Position numbers and translations under genes: made by a program. Below the pieces are notes generated by a model. It did no database searches and was not told the origin of the DNA. It saw only the letters and a program-made list of their open reading frames with translations. From positions 1 to 58,102 of IMG/VR virus record IMGVR_UViG_3300046787_000172: a stretch of DNA of 58,102 bases, one strand, 5' to 3'. The stretch's first letter is position 1. Each line of letters begins with the position of its first letter. Shown one piece after another: positions 18,922 to 28,108 of this stretch. Origin of the DNA: a virus (taxonomy: Duplodnaviria; Caudoviricetes).

Positions 18922-19147
18922 CGAGGACTTGCGGGTTGGTTACTGCGATCCAGTTGAGGAGCTGGACGAGTTGCTTGTTGATGTCGCGGGCTGCGTTAAG
19001 GCGAATCATTGTGCGGTCTAGCTCGGTATGCAATGACGAGAAGTTGGCGTTGGTTGCCATACAAAACTCTTGCAGTCTGCGGATGTTGAGCGTGTCGCCG
19101 CCGCCATAGCCTTGCTCGACGGGCATTGGCAGGTGTATCAAGTTCAT
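18836..19147 (-). CDS. Hypothetical protein
   Basis: GGAG RBS; 103 aa. Confidence 0.65.
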   Translation of the reverse strand: MNLIHLPMPVEQGYGGGDTLNIRRLQEFCMATNANFSSLHTELDRTMIRLNAARDINKQLVQLLNWIAVTNPQVLDEFQTTAHAFDKLVPREPSEFAVPQSAA

Positions 19148-19149
19148 GC

Positions 19150-19629
19150 TCAGGCTCCAAAGATTTTCTTGAGTGCGTCGTACAGCTCTCGGGCTTGCAC
19201 GATAGACAGTGCGTTCAGAAGCTCTGGCACGGTACCTATGACACGTACAGGATTATCAGGCACTGGTGTTGGCTTCGGTGTCGCCTTTGCAACAGGCTTG
19301 GCCTTTTTAGGTTTGTCTTTGGGTATATATCCTTTTGTGTAGCTATTACCCACGGCTGTGTACGTCGACACACTGCCATTCTTTTGTGCTCTGACGATGC
19401 CGCGTCTGACGAACTGCACAACCAGCGATGACGATGAAGAGTCTTTGATACCTGCCTTGAGAGCTAACGCAACCAGCGCTGCTCTTGTACTGCCGGGGTT
19501 GTCTCGGATGATATTGAAGAACGTCTCTGATACGCCCAAGTTGGATGCTGTTGGTTCTGTCATGGTGTCTCCATCGTCGTCAAATTTAAGGTCTGCGAGT
19601 TTCTGCAGTTCTGATCTCAAGTCAGGCAT
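19150..19629 (-). CDS. Putative winged-helix DNA-binding protein
   Basis: IRDNPG.TR..L pattern followed by a K/P-rich linker. Confidence 0.6.
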   Translation of the reverse strand: MPDLRSELQKLADLKFDDDGDTMTEPTASNLGVSETFFNIIRDNPGSTRAALVALALKAGIKDSSSSSLVVQFVRRGIVRAQKNGSVSTYTAVGNSYTKGYIPKDKPKKAKPVAKATPKPTPVPDNPVRVIGTVPELLNALSIVQARELYDALKKIFGA

Positions 19630-20269
19630 ATTCGTTCTCCAGTTCATCAATGATTTCGTCGAGCATGTCGTTGGCATGCAGGGCTTCTAGTACGGACTCA
19701 TCTGAGGTCAGCGAGTCGTACTCAACTTCGAGTCTGTTGTACAGGTCACGCATGTGGCTCTTGAACTCTTGCTCGAACTCTTCATGCAGTTTGTCGTAGT
19801 CGTACCCTTTGAGGATGGCCACGAACGCGGCGTTCTGAATGTCTGTCTTGTATGGGCTGTTCTCGTCAACGAAGTCACCCAGCACGTCGTCGGTGTAGTC
19901 GTCCGGGCTAACCATGTCAGAGGTGAATGACGTACAGTTCTCATGGTAGTAGTGGCCTCGATGTTCTACTCGAAACTTCCAAGACTCTACAGCCAGTGCA
20001 GTGAGTGCTGGGCACGTATATCCCACCGACTCGAGAAACTTGGGCCAGTCGTCGACACGCCCCTCGAAGCATGCACCGTCACCCTGCGAGTAGAAGCCGC
20101 TGAAGTACATCTTGTCTACGTCAATGCCAGTGGCGAGCATGTCAGCTTTGAAGTCGTCATAGACTGCGTCCCACCAGTCGAGGTGCTCTGTGTTGTAGTG
20201 GCGATGCTTGTCGAGTATCTCGTCTTGCTGACGCTTGGTCAGCGCCTCGAATCTTTCTATTGGTGTCAT
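19622..20269 (-). CDS. Acidic hypothetical protein
   Basis: FSGFYSQGDGACF and LE.EYDSLTSDE motifs. Confidence 0.75.
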   Translation of the reverse strand: MTPIERFEALTKRQQDEILDKHRHYNTEHLDWWDAVYDDFKADMLATGIDVDKMYFSGFYSQGDGACFEGRVDDWPKFLESVGYTCPALTALAVESWKFRVEHRGHYYHENCTSFTSDMVSPDDYTDDVLGDFVDENSPYKTDIQNAAFVAILKGYDYDKLHEEFEQEFKSHMRDLYNRLEVEYDSLTSDESVLEALHANDMLDEIIDELENEYA

Positions 20270-20361
20270 AGCGGTGCGTCCTCGTGGTTGTCTGGGTTGA
20301 ACTTAGGGACTCGATTGCCGGTGTCTTTGGGGTTTGGGAATGATGGGAAGGGCCATGTCAT
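20266..20361 (-). CDS. 31-aa peptide MTWPFPSFPNPKDTGNRVPKFNPDNHEDAPL
   Basis: GGAG RBS; ATGA overlaps at both ends and fills the gap exactly. Confidence 0.65.
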   Translation of the reverse strand: MTWPFPSFPNPKDTGNRVPKFNPDNHEDAPL

Positions 20362-20543
20362 TTGACTCTCCAATACTTACGTGTTTCTTGCACGACCTGC
20401 GGTTCCTTGGGTGGTATGGGCTCGTACTTGTTGCCGAACGGAGGTGTCCAGCCGAAACGTCTCCATGTAGTCTGCACATCAGCGCCACTCGTCCACTTGT
20501 AGTCGGGGTGGCCCACGGGGATGGTTGGTAATGTCTTCTTCAT
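20358..20543 (-). CDS. Hypothetical protein
   Basis: AAGGAG RBS; DVQTTWRRFGW.PP motif. Confidence 0.7.
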   Translation of the reverse strand: MKKTLPTIPVGHPDYKWTSGADVQTTWRRFGWTPPFGNKYEPIPPKEPQVVQETRKYWRVK

Positions 20544-20764
20544 GGTTTGTCTCCTTTAAGAATTTTTGCGGCTTCGTAGGCGGTGCGCAGCTCGGGGTGG
20601 GTGGCGTCGACGTACTCGATGAACTTGCCCATCTCCTCGCAGTCATACTCTAGGTCTGCGATCCTGTTGTCTGCTGCGTCGACAGCGTCGCTGAGTTCAC
20701 TGGCTTTGCGCTGGTAGTGATAGAGCTCTTCTTCGAGCTCCTCTATCTGGTCGGACAGGCTCAT
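20540..20764 (-). CDS. Acidic coiled-coil protein
   Basis: Heptad pattern; ATGA overlaps. Confidence 0.65.
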   Translation of the reverse strand: MSLSDQIEELEEELYHYQRKASELSDAVDAADNRIADLEYDCEEMGKFIEYVDATHPELRTAYEAAKILKGDKP

Positions 20765-21429
20765 GATGCCGCTGCCAACTTAGCCGCAATTGCTGCAGCT
20801 GTAAGTCCCTCGGTGTCCATGTCTTCAACGATCTTGGCACGCTGTGTGGGGCGCTCGAGCTTGCGCTCAAGGCGCTGGATATCTTCGTAGTGGATGTACA
20901 TACGCACACCGGGGAACAGCTTAACTGCCTCGTTAAGTGTCTTGCACTTGTTGAGGAACTCGGTGATGTCGGTCTTGACCTTGTTCCATCGGGCGTCGAT
21001 GGCTTTCTCAATGACTGCGTCATCCCAGCGTTGCAGCAGCTCGGCGCGGCCCGGAGTCTCCTCGGGGAATGCACGCACCTGATCGAGCGTAAGCTCGCTG
21101 TCGGCTCGGTTGTAGTAGTTGTCCCTTGGGCGCTGGTACATGATCGTGCCGGTGAAGCGCACGCTGGTCTTGAGTTGTACGGCTTCGTCAGTCCAGCCGT
21201 GGATGGTGATGCTTGCGTCGGAAGACTTGGTCAGCCAATCCTTGGGGATGGACTCAACGAGGTGGACGTGGTCCGCGCCCCAGCAGCCGATGTTGTAGAG
21301 CTTGCTTGCGTCGATGCTGTAGCTCTTGTCGATGTCGGGCAGGTCGTTTGCGCGTTCGGCCTTGCGCATGCCGTTGATCTTGGTCTCGACGCGGTTGATA
21401 AGCTCTTTGGTAATACCAACTGTTGCCAT
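20761..21429 (-). CDS. Nmad5-like protein
   Basis: FLNKCKTLNEAVKLFP..RMYI resembles the Nmad5 C-terminal motif (recalled, not searched). Confidence 0.55.
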   Translation of the reverse strand: MATVGITKELINRVETKINGMRKAERANDLPDIDKSYSIDASKLYNIGCWGADHVHLVESIPKDWLTKSSDASITIHGWTDEAVQLKTSVRFTGTIMYQRPRDNYYNRADSELTLDQVRAFPEETPGRAELLQRWDDAVIEKAIDARWNKVKTDITEFLNKCKTLNEAVKLFPGVRMYIHYEDIQRLERKLERPTQRAKIVEDMDTEGLTAAAIAAKLAAAS

Positions 21430-21431
21430 GA

Positions 21432-21674
21432 TTAGATTCCTTCTTCAAGTTTGATTAGTGTTGAGACGTAGACCATTGCTTCTGTGAGCGTTATTGGTTC
21501 TTTGAAAGGGCCGTAGTGTGTATGCGGCACCTTGTTGATGGATACGTTGACGTGCCAGCCTTGCTGGTTGCGCACTACCTGCACGCCAACGGTGTTGCTC
21601 CGCTCTACGCGGATGCGCTCACTCTTCTGTATCGAATGTGTCGATGAACTCTTCGATGGCTGATCTGAGAGCAT
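21432..21674 (-). CDS. Small hypothetical protein ending VSTLIKLEEGI (true start probably downstream of 21674)
   Basis: Fills the gap; C-terminus resembles those of neighbouring early proteins. Confidence 0.5.
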   Translation of the reverse strand: MLSDQPSKSSSTHSIQKSERIRVERSNTVGVQVVRNQQGWHVNVSINKVPHTHYGPFKEPITLTEAMVYVSTLIKLEEGI

Positions 21675-21783
21675 CGCGTGTCTCCTGTGGTGCGTCAGCA
21701 GCTAGTGCGTCGTAGCACTGCTTGAGGACTTTGTCGTATGCAGCTTCGAGTGCATTGATCGAATCGTCGAGGGATTTAGCCAT
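21619..21783 (-). CDS. Small acidic helical protein
   Basis: GGAG RBS; 54 aa. Confidence 0.6.
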   Translation of the reverse strand: MAKSLDDSINALEAAYDKVLKQCYDALAADAPQETRDALRSAIEEFIDTFDTEE

Positions 21784-21784
21784 T

Positions 21785-22891
21785 TCATTGCTCCAAGGTA
21801 AAAGGGATATTGTCGCCGTACGGGGCACGAATGTCACTAGAGATGCACCACACGACTGGATAGTCAGGCGCATTGGACTCGTTGAAGTCTGTGTAACCGT
21901 CGGTCAGGCACACGAACACCTCGGGCTTGATGCCTTCCTTGGCGATGTAGTTGAAGCCCTCTTCCATGTCAGTGCCGCCGCCACAGTAGAACGTCAGAGC
22001 CACCTCCTCGCCCTGCTCGAACACCTCGTGCTTGGCTACCGCAGTGTCGACATACAAGACATGGACACGGGATGGGTTGCACTGCGACACGATGCGTTGC
22101 AAGTGGCCGTTGTAGTGGTCGAGCTCGAGCTTGCTGATGGAGCCGGACACGTCGACTTGGATGACAACCTCACCCATCTCGGCAGTCTTGCCTGTGCTTG
22201 GCAGGTAGCAGTCAGCGAAGCGGCGGTTAGGGCGTGACCATGTGTAGTCACCTCGAGTGAACGAGGTCATGTAACGCTCGAGGATATCGTGCCATGGAGT
22301 CTGCACGTCGATGAGGTCAGCAACGATCTTGGCCAGACCACCGGGCATCTTGCCCTGAGCCTTGGCTGCTTGGGCTGCTTGGGCGATCTCTACGCGAGTC
22401 TCAGCGTCGATGCGGTCAGCCTCCTCCTGAGTGAGTGGTGAGCCGCGCTCGATCAGGTCGTCACCAGTACCACCGGGGCCACCGCCATTGGGGTCGTCGG
22501 GCAGCTTGTTGTAAATGACGTCTACTGTCTCGTCCTTGGAGCCGGGCATATTGACACAGCCTTGAATCTGCTGGCCGATGCCTGCGTCCTTGAGCATGTC
22601 GTTAATCCATGCGTCACCTGCGATGTTCCAGCGTTTGGCTTGACGTGTGCCACGGCGCAGTGCATGCTGACCGATGACATGGCCGACCTCATGACACAGC
22701 AGGAACACAAGCTCGTCAACAGACAGCTTCTCGACGAACGACTTGTTGTAGTAAATCTGGCCGCGCTGATCGACAGCTGCGGTGGGGATGGTGTTGTCCT
22801 CGATGAGCTTGCGCTTCATGAGGATGGATGCAAAGAACGGATGCTGGGTAACGATTGATACCTTGGCCCGGTCGAGTGTGGTAACTGCCAT
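21785..22891 (-). CDS. Metallopeptidase plus vWA-like domain protein (DUF2201-like)
   Basis: HEVGH zincin motif, WNIAGD, MIDAS DVSGS, GGGT, LTDG. Confidence 0.88.
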   Translation of the reverse strand: MAVTTLDRAKVSIVTQHPFFASILMKRKLIEDNTIPTAAVDQRGQIYYNKSFVEKLSVDELVFLLCHEVGHVIGQHALRRGTRQAKRWNIAGDAWINDMLKDAGIGQQIQGCVNMPGSKDETVDVIYNKLPDDPNGGGPGGTGDDLIERGSPLTQEEADRIDAETRVEIAQAAQAAKAQGKMPGGLAKIVADLIDVQTPWHDILERYMTSFTRGDYTWSRPNRRFADCYLPSTGKTAEMGEVVIQVDVSGSISKLELDHYNGHLQRIVSQCNPSRVHVLYVDTAVAKHEVFEQGEEVALTFYCGGGTDMEEGFNYIAKEGIKPEVFVCLTDGYTDFNESNAPDYPVVWCISSDIRAPYGDNIPFTLEQ

Positions 22892-22946
22892 GATTACTCC
22901 TTGCTGTGAATGGGTTGTGTGCTGTCTAGCGTAGCGTCTGCCATGA

Positions 22947-23489
22947 TTACTCCTGAAAAGTGATGATCTCTATTGGCTCAGTGCCTCTGAGCAGATTGGC
23001 TACTTGCATTGATTTGTCTCTGAGCTCCTGTGAAGTATGGTCTGTCAAGATTGCTATAACCTTACGGATTGACTCTTTGTCGTGCATGGTGATGTAGAAG
23101 TTCTGGTCGTTTGCATCGAGGCTTGCCATCGCATTGACATACCGCTCCTTGTAGTAACCCTGACGGTACGTCGGCTCCTCCAGCGTCCACGCTGTCCAGT
23201 CTGCATGGACGATTTCCTTTATCGGCGGTGCTGCTTGTGGAGTTAGACCCAGTACACGCAAGCCGTTCCAGTTGTTGCTGCCAACCTGAAGCCCGTACTT
23301 GACAGCCAGTGCTTGCGCTATCTTCCTTGAGTTGGACGACCACCCGCCTTCTAGGACACGGTTCTCAAGCATGCGGATGATGCTGTTACGCATCCTCACA
23401 CCTAGTCGTTGTGGGTATAGTGTCACTCTTGTTTCTGTACCGGGCATGCCAGTGATACGCCCTCGTTCGTTGTTGTTCATATTGCTCAT
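22947..23489 (-). CDS. Hypothetical protein
   Basis: GAGGAG RBS; 180 aa. Confidence 0.7.
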   Translation of the reverse strand: MSNMNNNERGRITGMPGTETRVTLYPQRLGVRMRNSIIRMLENRVLEGGWSSNSRKIAQALAVKYGLQVGSNNWNGLRVLGLTPQAAPPIKEIVHADWTAWTLEEPTYRQGYYKERYVNAMASLDANDQNFYITMHDKESIRKVIAILTDHTSQELRDKSMQVANLLRGTEPIEIITFQE

Positions 23490-23683
23490 TTGGACTCCTC
23501 GAAAAAGTATCCATCATCTCGTTGCACAATCTTTCCTTTCTTCTCATACACATCAACTAACCAGTTGGCGTACTTGTTGGCTCTGCGTTCTTCGTGCTCT
23601 GCCCACCGTCTGGTGTCTGCGCAACGCCACAGCAGCACAGCTACTGCGACCATCAGGATGTACTCGAGGTCAGTAAAGCTCAT
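23486..23683 (-). CDS. Small membrane-anchored protein
   Basis: N-terminal hydrophobic helix. Confidence 0.6.
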   Translation of the reverse strand: MSFTDLEYILMVAVAVLLWRCADTRRWAEHEERRANKYANWLVDVYEKKGKIVQRDDGYFFEESK

Positions 23684-24552
23684 GAGAACATCGCCATCTT
23701 TGACGCCACGTCTTGCAACTTCTTCTTAGCCTCGACACGCTTGTTGGCTGAGCCCTTAATCATCTCCACATCTTTGAGGTAACCCTGCGCTGCTTCTTCC
23801 AACTCAGTGATATCTGCGAGCAGCTCAGGTGTCGGGCTGATTGCCAGCTTGCGAGCCAGTGTGCATCCATCGATGACGTTCTCGACAAGGCTGTTGTGGA
23901 AGCGTTCACCCTTGAGGCCTTGGTACTCGCCCAGCTTAGTCACCAGTGCTTGTATGGGCTTGAGCATGCGCTGCACAGTGTCAGCGTTGGCAGCTTGCGC
24001 GGCTTCTTCCTCGGCACGTTTGAACGATGCAACGTCGTCTTCACTGAGGTCGAACAGAAAGTGCGAGGCGTCAGGCATGGGCTGGAAGCGCAACTCAGCA
24101 GACATGGACATGCGGAAGTCATCTGCACTGGGGTACTCGGACACGTTGGCGCGTCCTGCTGCATGGCCGCTGTTGCGGTACATCACATCATCCAACACTA
24201 GCTGGTCATACATGGGCATGTAAGTGTCGAGCAGGTTGTCCACCTGAGCGATGCGGTGCTTCATCTCTTGCGTGTACTCCATGTACATATCGTTGGGGAG
24301 AATGCGTGGGCCAGCGTCCATGTAAGGCAGCGTGTGCTTCTTGTGGTACTGGTAGACCTCACCGTACTTGGCCATGATCTGGTTGATGGCTGAGTCCTTG
24401 TCCTTGAACAGCTTGGTGAGCACAGTGAGGCTGTTGTCTTTCTCCTGCGCTTGTAAGTTAGCCGTAAGCACAGCGTCACGCTTGGTCAGTGCTGCGCGAC
24501 GAATAGTCAGCTTGACGAGGACTACCTTGTCCGAGAGTTTTGTAGGTGTCAT
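23680..24552 (-). CDS. DUF3150-like helical protein accompanying the AAA/vWA module
   Basis: HTLPY...GPRILP, YPS motifs; genomic context. Confidence 0.6.
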   Translation of the reverse strand: MTPTKLSDKVVLVKLTIRRAALTKRDAVLTANLQAQEKDNSLTVLTKLFKDKDSAINQIMAKYGEVYQYHKKHTLPYMDAGPRILPNDMYMEYTQEMKHRIAQVDNLLDTYMPMYDQLVLDDVMYRNSGHAAGRANVSEYPSADDFRMSMSAELRFQPMPDASHFLFDLSEDDVASFKRAEEEAAQAANADTVQRMLKPIQALVTKLGEYQGLKGERFHNSLVENVIDGCTLARKLAISPTPELLADITELEEAAQGYLKDVEMIKGSANKRVEAKKKLQDVASKMAMFS

Positions 24553-24553
24553 G

Positions 24554-24832
24554 TTAGTTCTCCAGTGTGATGATTGCCACGGCGTATGCCTTGGCTGCTT
24601 TCAGAGAGCGGAACGTCCGGCTCTCGTTGTGATTGACGAATTGGCAGTCCCACTTGCGGTCGCCGATCTTGGTGACGTAGGCCACGGTGGCTTTCCATTG
24701 GCCGAGCATTGGTTTGTCGAAACGATTCTCGAGCGGGTCTTTGTCCCAGACCTTCTTGAGGTGGTGCTGTATCCGCCAAACCGTGGGCACGCCGTTGTTG
24801 GACATCAACTCTTCTTCCCAGACGTATCTCAT
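24554..24832 (-). CDS. Early protein, paralog family A
   Basis: Ends FRSLKAAKAYAVAIITLEN. Confidence 0.7.
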   Translation of the reverse strand: MRYVWEEELMSNNGVPTVWRIQHHLKKVWDKDPLENRFDKPMLGQWKATVAYVTKIGDRKWDCQFVNHNESRTFRSLKAAKAYAVAIITLEN

Positions 24833-25104
24833 GGGTCTAACCTAACTACAGCCTCTACCCAAGCCTTGGCCTCATGGACGTGCTTGAACTCGGGTATGTC
24901 CGCTGGGGCGTCAACCCAGTAGCGGCGGTCGTAGACCTTCCACCGTTCGTGTCCACCACCGAAGGCGACTCTCGTGCGCCCAAGGTATTGGAGTTCAAAC
25001 AGCCTGCGGAGAGCCCTTGTCCGTTCTGTCGTGGTGACGTACCCGCTCAGGCTCCACGTCGCACCGTCGTCGCGGGTGTGCCATTTAAGGTCAGTGACTT
25101 TCAT
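24829..25104 (-). CDS. Early protein, paralog family A
   Basis: Ends FKHVHEAKAWVEAVVRLDP. Confidence 0.7.
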   Translation of the reverse strand: MKVTDLKWHTRDDGATWSLSGYVTTTERTRALRRLFELQYLGRTRVAFGGGHERWKVYDRRYWVDAPADIPEFKHVHEAKAWVEAVVRLDP

Positions 25105-25406
25105 ATGCTTAGCCTTATCATTGCTGTTGCCCACGCCATCGCGTCGTTCTTGTTGGTGAACTTGGGTATGTCCGACATGCGCAGTGCGAAGAGCTCAGGT
25201 GTCTGCGCACCGATGGTGACGTGCCACTTGCCCCAGTGCGGTGACTTGGCGTCTGCGTCGTAGGTGACGGTAGCTACTACTTGCTCTTCAGGTTTGCGTG
25301 ACTGCATTCCGGGGAATACATACAACATGTCGCGCTTGTAGTAGTACCGATCACCCTTGCGGACGTTCGATGGCACCCATCTGTAGTTGGTATAGGTGCG
25401 AGCCAT
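25101..25406 (-). CDS. Early protein, paralog family A
   Basis: Ends FTNKNDAMAWATAMIRLSI. Confidence 0.7.
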   Translation of the reverse strand: MARTYTNYRWVPSNVRKGDRYYYKRDMLYVFPGMQSRKPEEQVVATVTYDADAKSPHWGKWHVTIGAQTPELFALRMSDIPKFTNKNDAMAWATAMIRLSI

Positions 25407-25409
25407 GGG

Positions 25410-25982
25410 TTACGGAAGAAATACCGAGCCGTGTTTCCGCAGTCGGTAGCTAAGCGTGTCGTACTTGATGCCAAGCTCTTCAGACCATTCGGTCAGGGTC
25501 TTGCCCTCGAACTTGACTGATCGTGTGGTGTTGTTCATCTGTTCTTTCTGTGTGGCCCAACGACAGTTGGATGGTTCGTAATCCCCCTTGGGGTCTTTGC
25601 GGTCGAGGGTCATACCCTCAGGGCGTTCGCCCATGTCGGCCAAGAAGTTCTCGAAGCTGTCTTGCCAGCGTTCGCACACCTTGATACCCGCACCACCGTA
25701 ATACTTGTACTGATCGTGTGTTGGTTCGTTGCAGCGTCGCCGCATTGAAATCCACGAGCGATGGGTTGGCGTCTTGGTCATGCCGTGCTTGGTCATGCGC
25801 TTGCTAGTCTCAGCGGCTCGAAGGCACCCACACGATTGGGTGTGGCCGTTCCTCAAGTCGAGCGATGCAACCACTGCTGTGTTGCCGCAGTCACAAGAGC
25901 ACTGCCACCGTATACCTTTGACGTGTGAGACAACAGTAAGCAAGCCGAAGCACTGGCCGGATATGTCGATGCGTTGTGTCAT
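25410..25982 (-). mobile_element. Free-standing HNH homing endonuclease
   Basis: G.CFG.LTV, CSCDCG, SCGC, YGGAGIKVC, TLDR.D..GDYEPSNCRWAT; own TATAAT at 26009-26014. Confidence 0.85.
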
Positions 25983-26028
25983 GATGGTCCTTTCAAATAC
26001 GCAGCATCATTATACCCTAAAGTACTTC

Positions 26029-27033
26029 TTACATTAAAACTTCCGCGTTGCGGGAGGCCCACTCTACGAAGCTGCGTGTGTGTTTGATGGTAGGTTGCAG
26101 CTTGATCGCGTCCTTGGTAGCCATGACGTTGAACTCAGGAGACAGGCGGGACAGGTACTTGGACACACGATCGAAGTTATCTTTCGTTGACTTACGAGCC
26201 AGCGCACCAGTCAAGGCGTACAGAGTCGCAGGGTCTTGAGGTACGTCAGCGTCGGATGGAGACAGAAGTATTGAGTCGATATCAGGAAGTGACTCGTAGA
26301 TACGCTTGAAGCCAGTGTACTCAGCAGCAGCGCCATCGCCTACCTCACCAGCGCAGTTGTCGAAGAACAGGCCAGAGTCGAGCGATGATGGGATGAGGTT
26401 GACACGCTCCCACGAACGAGGCGTTGGATTGGCGAAGCGGTTGGCATCGAAGTCAGACAGCAAGCCGGGACGGAAGCGCAGGAACTGAATCAACACAGGG
26501 TCGATATCGTTCTCAAGCGCCCATGCAGTCCAGTCCTCGATGGTCTCTTGGAAGTCGAAGCGGCGTGTACGGTTGGCCAGCTTGGATGTGATGCGATTGG
26601 CACCAGACTTGTCTTCGGTACGGTTGCCAGTGGCGATGATGAACAGCTCGTCAGACAGCATGAGGTTGCCAGCACGACGGTCGTAGATAACACCGCACAG
26701 TGCGTTCTGCATGGGGACAGGCGCATCGGACAGCTCCTCCAGAATGAGTGCTGCGCGACCGACACCTTGGCGCAGGTTGTAGAACTCTTGGGGTGGAACC
26801 CAGCGTGTGTACTCGCCAGTGTTGTCAGGTACGCCGAGCACGTCAACAGGGTCACGCAGGGATGCAGTGAACTCCACGATCTTGTCGGACTCGATGCCAA
26901 GCTCAGAGATAACCTCACGAGCACAGGCTGACTTGCCACCACCGGGAGCGCCGAGGATGAATGGGACAACGGCATTGCCGCCATCGACACGGAACTGCTC
27001 GAGAACGGATGTTTTGATATTGCTGTAACGCAT
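26029..27033 (-). CDS. MoxR-like AAA+ ATPase
   Basis: Walker A GAPGGGKS, Walker B ILEEL, ATGNR, LANR, TPRSWE. Confidence 0.88.
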   Translation of the reverse strand: MRYSNIKTSVLEQFRVDGGNAVVPFILGAPGGGKSACAREVISELGIESDKIVEFTASLRDPVDVLGVPDNTGEYTRWVPPQEFYNLRQGVGRAALILEELSDAPVPMQNALCGVIYDRRAGNLMLSDELFIIATGNRTEDKSGANRITSKLANRTRRFDFQETIEDWTAWALENDIDPVLIQFLRFRPGLLSDFDANRFANPTPRSWERVNLIPSSLDSGLFFDNCAGEVGDGAAAEYTGFKRIYESLPDIDSILLSPSDADVPQDPATLYALTGALARKSTKDNFDRVSKYLSRLSPEFNVMATKDAIKLQPTIKHTRSFVEWASRNAEVLM

Positions 27034-27155
27034 GATGATTCCTTGTGTGTTGAGAGATAGTTATGGAGCGTCTGGATGCCTGCCCCCATGCGTGACGCTT
27101 GAACGATGGGGTAGCCCGAATTCTGAGTTGTTCGTCTTACACAAACCTTACACAG

Positions 27156-27452
27156 TCACACATCAACGTGTAACTTCTTGAGCACCAGCCCTGTGGTGGC
27201 ATGGGCTTCTACGTATGCCTTGGCCTCGTCCAATGATGTGAACGATGCTGGTGGTTGTTTGGATATGCTGCCATACACGTTTGCATGGAAGGTGCCATGT
27301 TCTGTGACTTTGATGTAGCCCACTTGGTTGACTACTACGGACTGCTTGCTGCCATTCCAGCCCTTCATGTGGACTCGTGTGGATTTGGTCAGGTGGCATC
27401 GGTAGTAACCACTGTGTGGCGTACTCGCACCGTCCTCCCATATGAAGTTCAT
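27156..27452 (-). CDS. Early protein, paralog family A
   Basis: VGYI...FTSLDEAKAY...LVLKKL. Confidence 0.7.
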   Translation of the reverse strand: MNFIWEDGASTPHSGYYRCHLTKSTRVHMKGWNGSKQSVVVNQVGYIKVTEHGTFHANVYGSISKQPPASFTSLDEAKAYVEAHATTGLVLKKLHVDV

Positions 27453-27688
27453 GTGCCCTCCAGCTTCTGTGTCACGTAGTAGGTGACGATGTGTGCCTTG
27501 GCGTCTTCGAGGTTGTCGAACTTCGCAGTGGGCTGGAGCCTGTCGTTGATGATCGCCATGAACTCGCCGTTGTCTAGGGTGTGTCTTATGTATCCAAGCA
27601 GCTCATCGGTCTCAGTGCCCTCACCAGCCAGCAGGTCGTACCATTCGTAGCACCCTCTTGAGCCTTTGAATGCGTCGTCCCATTTCAT
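27449..27688 (-). CDS. Early protein, paralog family A
   Basis: LGYI...FDNLEDAKAH...TQKLEGT. Confidence 0.7.
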   Translation of the reverse strand: MKWDDAFKGSRGCYEWYDLLAGEGTETDELLGYIRHTLDNGEFMAIINDRLQPTAKFDNLEDAKAHIVTYYVTQKLEGT

Positions 27689-27900
27689 GTGCCCTCCAGT
27701 TTCTTGGCCGCGTACTCGGCCAGTGCCTCCGGCGTGTCTCGGATGAAGATGACGTCGCCGCCGACGTTACATGCAACGTCTGTGTCGTCAGATGTGTGTG
27801 GGCATTCGTTGGGCCCATCGAACAGGCAGCCCGTGCATCGACCTCCTTGGATCGGCGGCACGATGAGGCAGTCGATGCCCCTCCATGTGTACTTGGTCAT
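27685..27900 (-). CDS. Early Cys-rich protein, paralog family B
   Basis: CTGCLF..C..C..VIF; ends KKLEGT. Confidence 0.7.
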   Translation of the reverse strand: MTKYTWRGIDCLIVPPIQGGRCTGCLFDGPNECPHTSDDTDVACNVGGDVIFIRDTPEALAEYAAKKLEGT

Positions 27901-27986
27901 CCCGGTCTCCACCAAAGCAGGTCCATGAGTAGGACGCCAATGAGGAATACCAGTACGGCTATGCGTACTGCTCGATGTGTAATCAT
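27897..27986 (-). CDS. 29-aa membrane peptide MITHRAVRIAVLVFLIGVLLMDLLWWRPG
   Basis: GGAGG RBS; ATGA overlaps at both ends. Confidence 0.6.
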   Translation of the reverse strand: MITHRAVRIAVLVFLIGVLLMDLLWWRPG

Positions 27987-28108
27987 AGTTCCCTCCAACC
28001 CGATTCGATACGGGCAATCAGTTGTTGAAATGTGATGCGGTGCAGTTGCCCGAACCCATCGTCCTGCCATACGGATGGGATACTGCCATGTTGGGTGTGT
28101 CTAGTCAT
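27983..28108 (-). CDS. 41-aa hypothetical peptide
   Basis: Fills the gap; ATGA coupling to the next gene. Confidence 0.5.
   Translation of the reverse strand: MTRHTQHGSIPSVWQDDGFGQLHRITFQQLIARIESGWREL

Noticed and set aside
25410-26040. Group I intron around either HNH gene
   Set aside because: Flanking genes look complete and there is too little non-coding sequence for an intron core.
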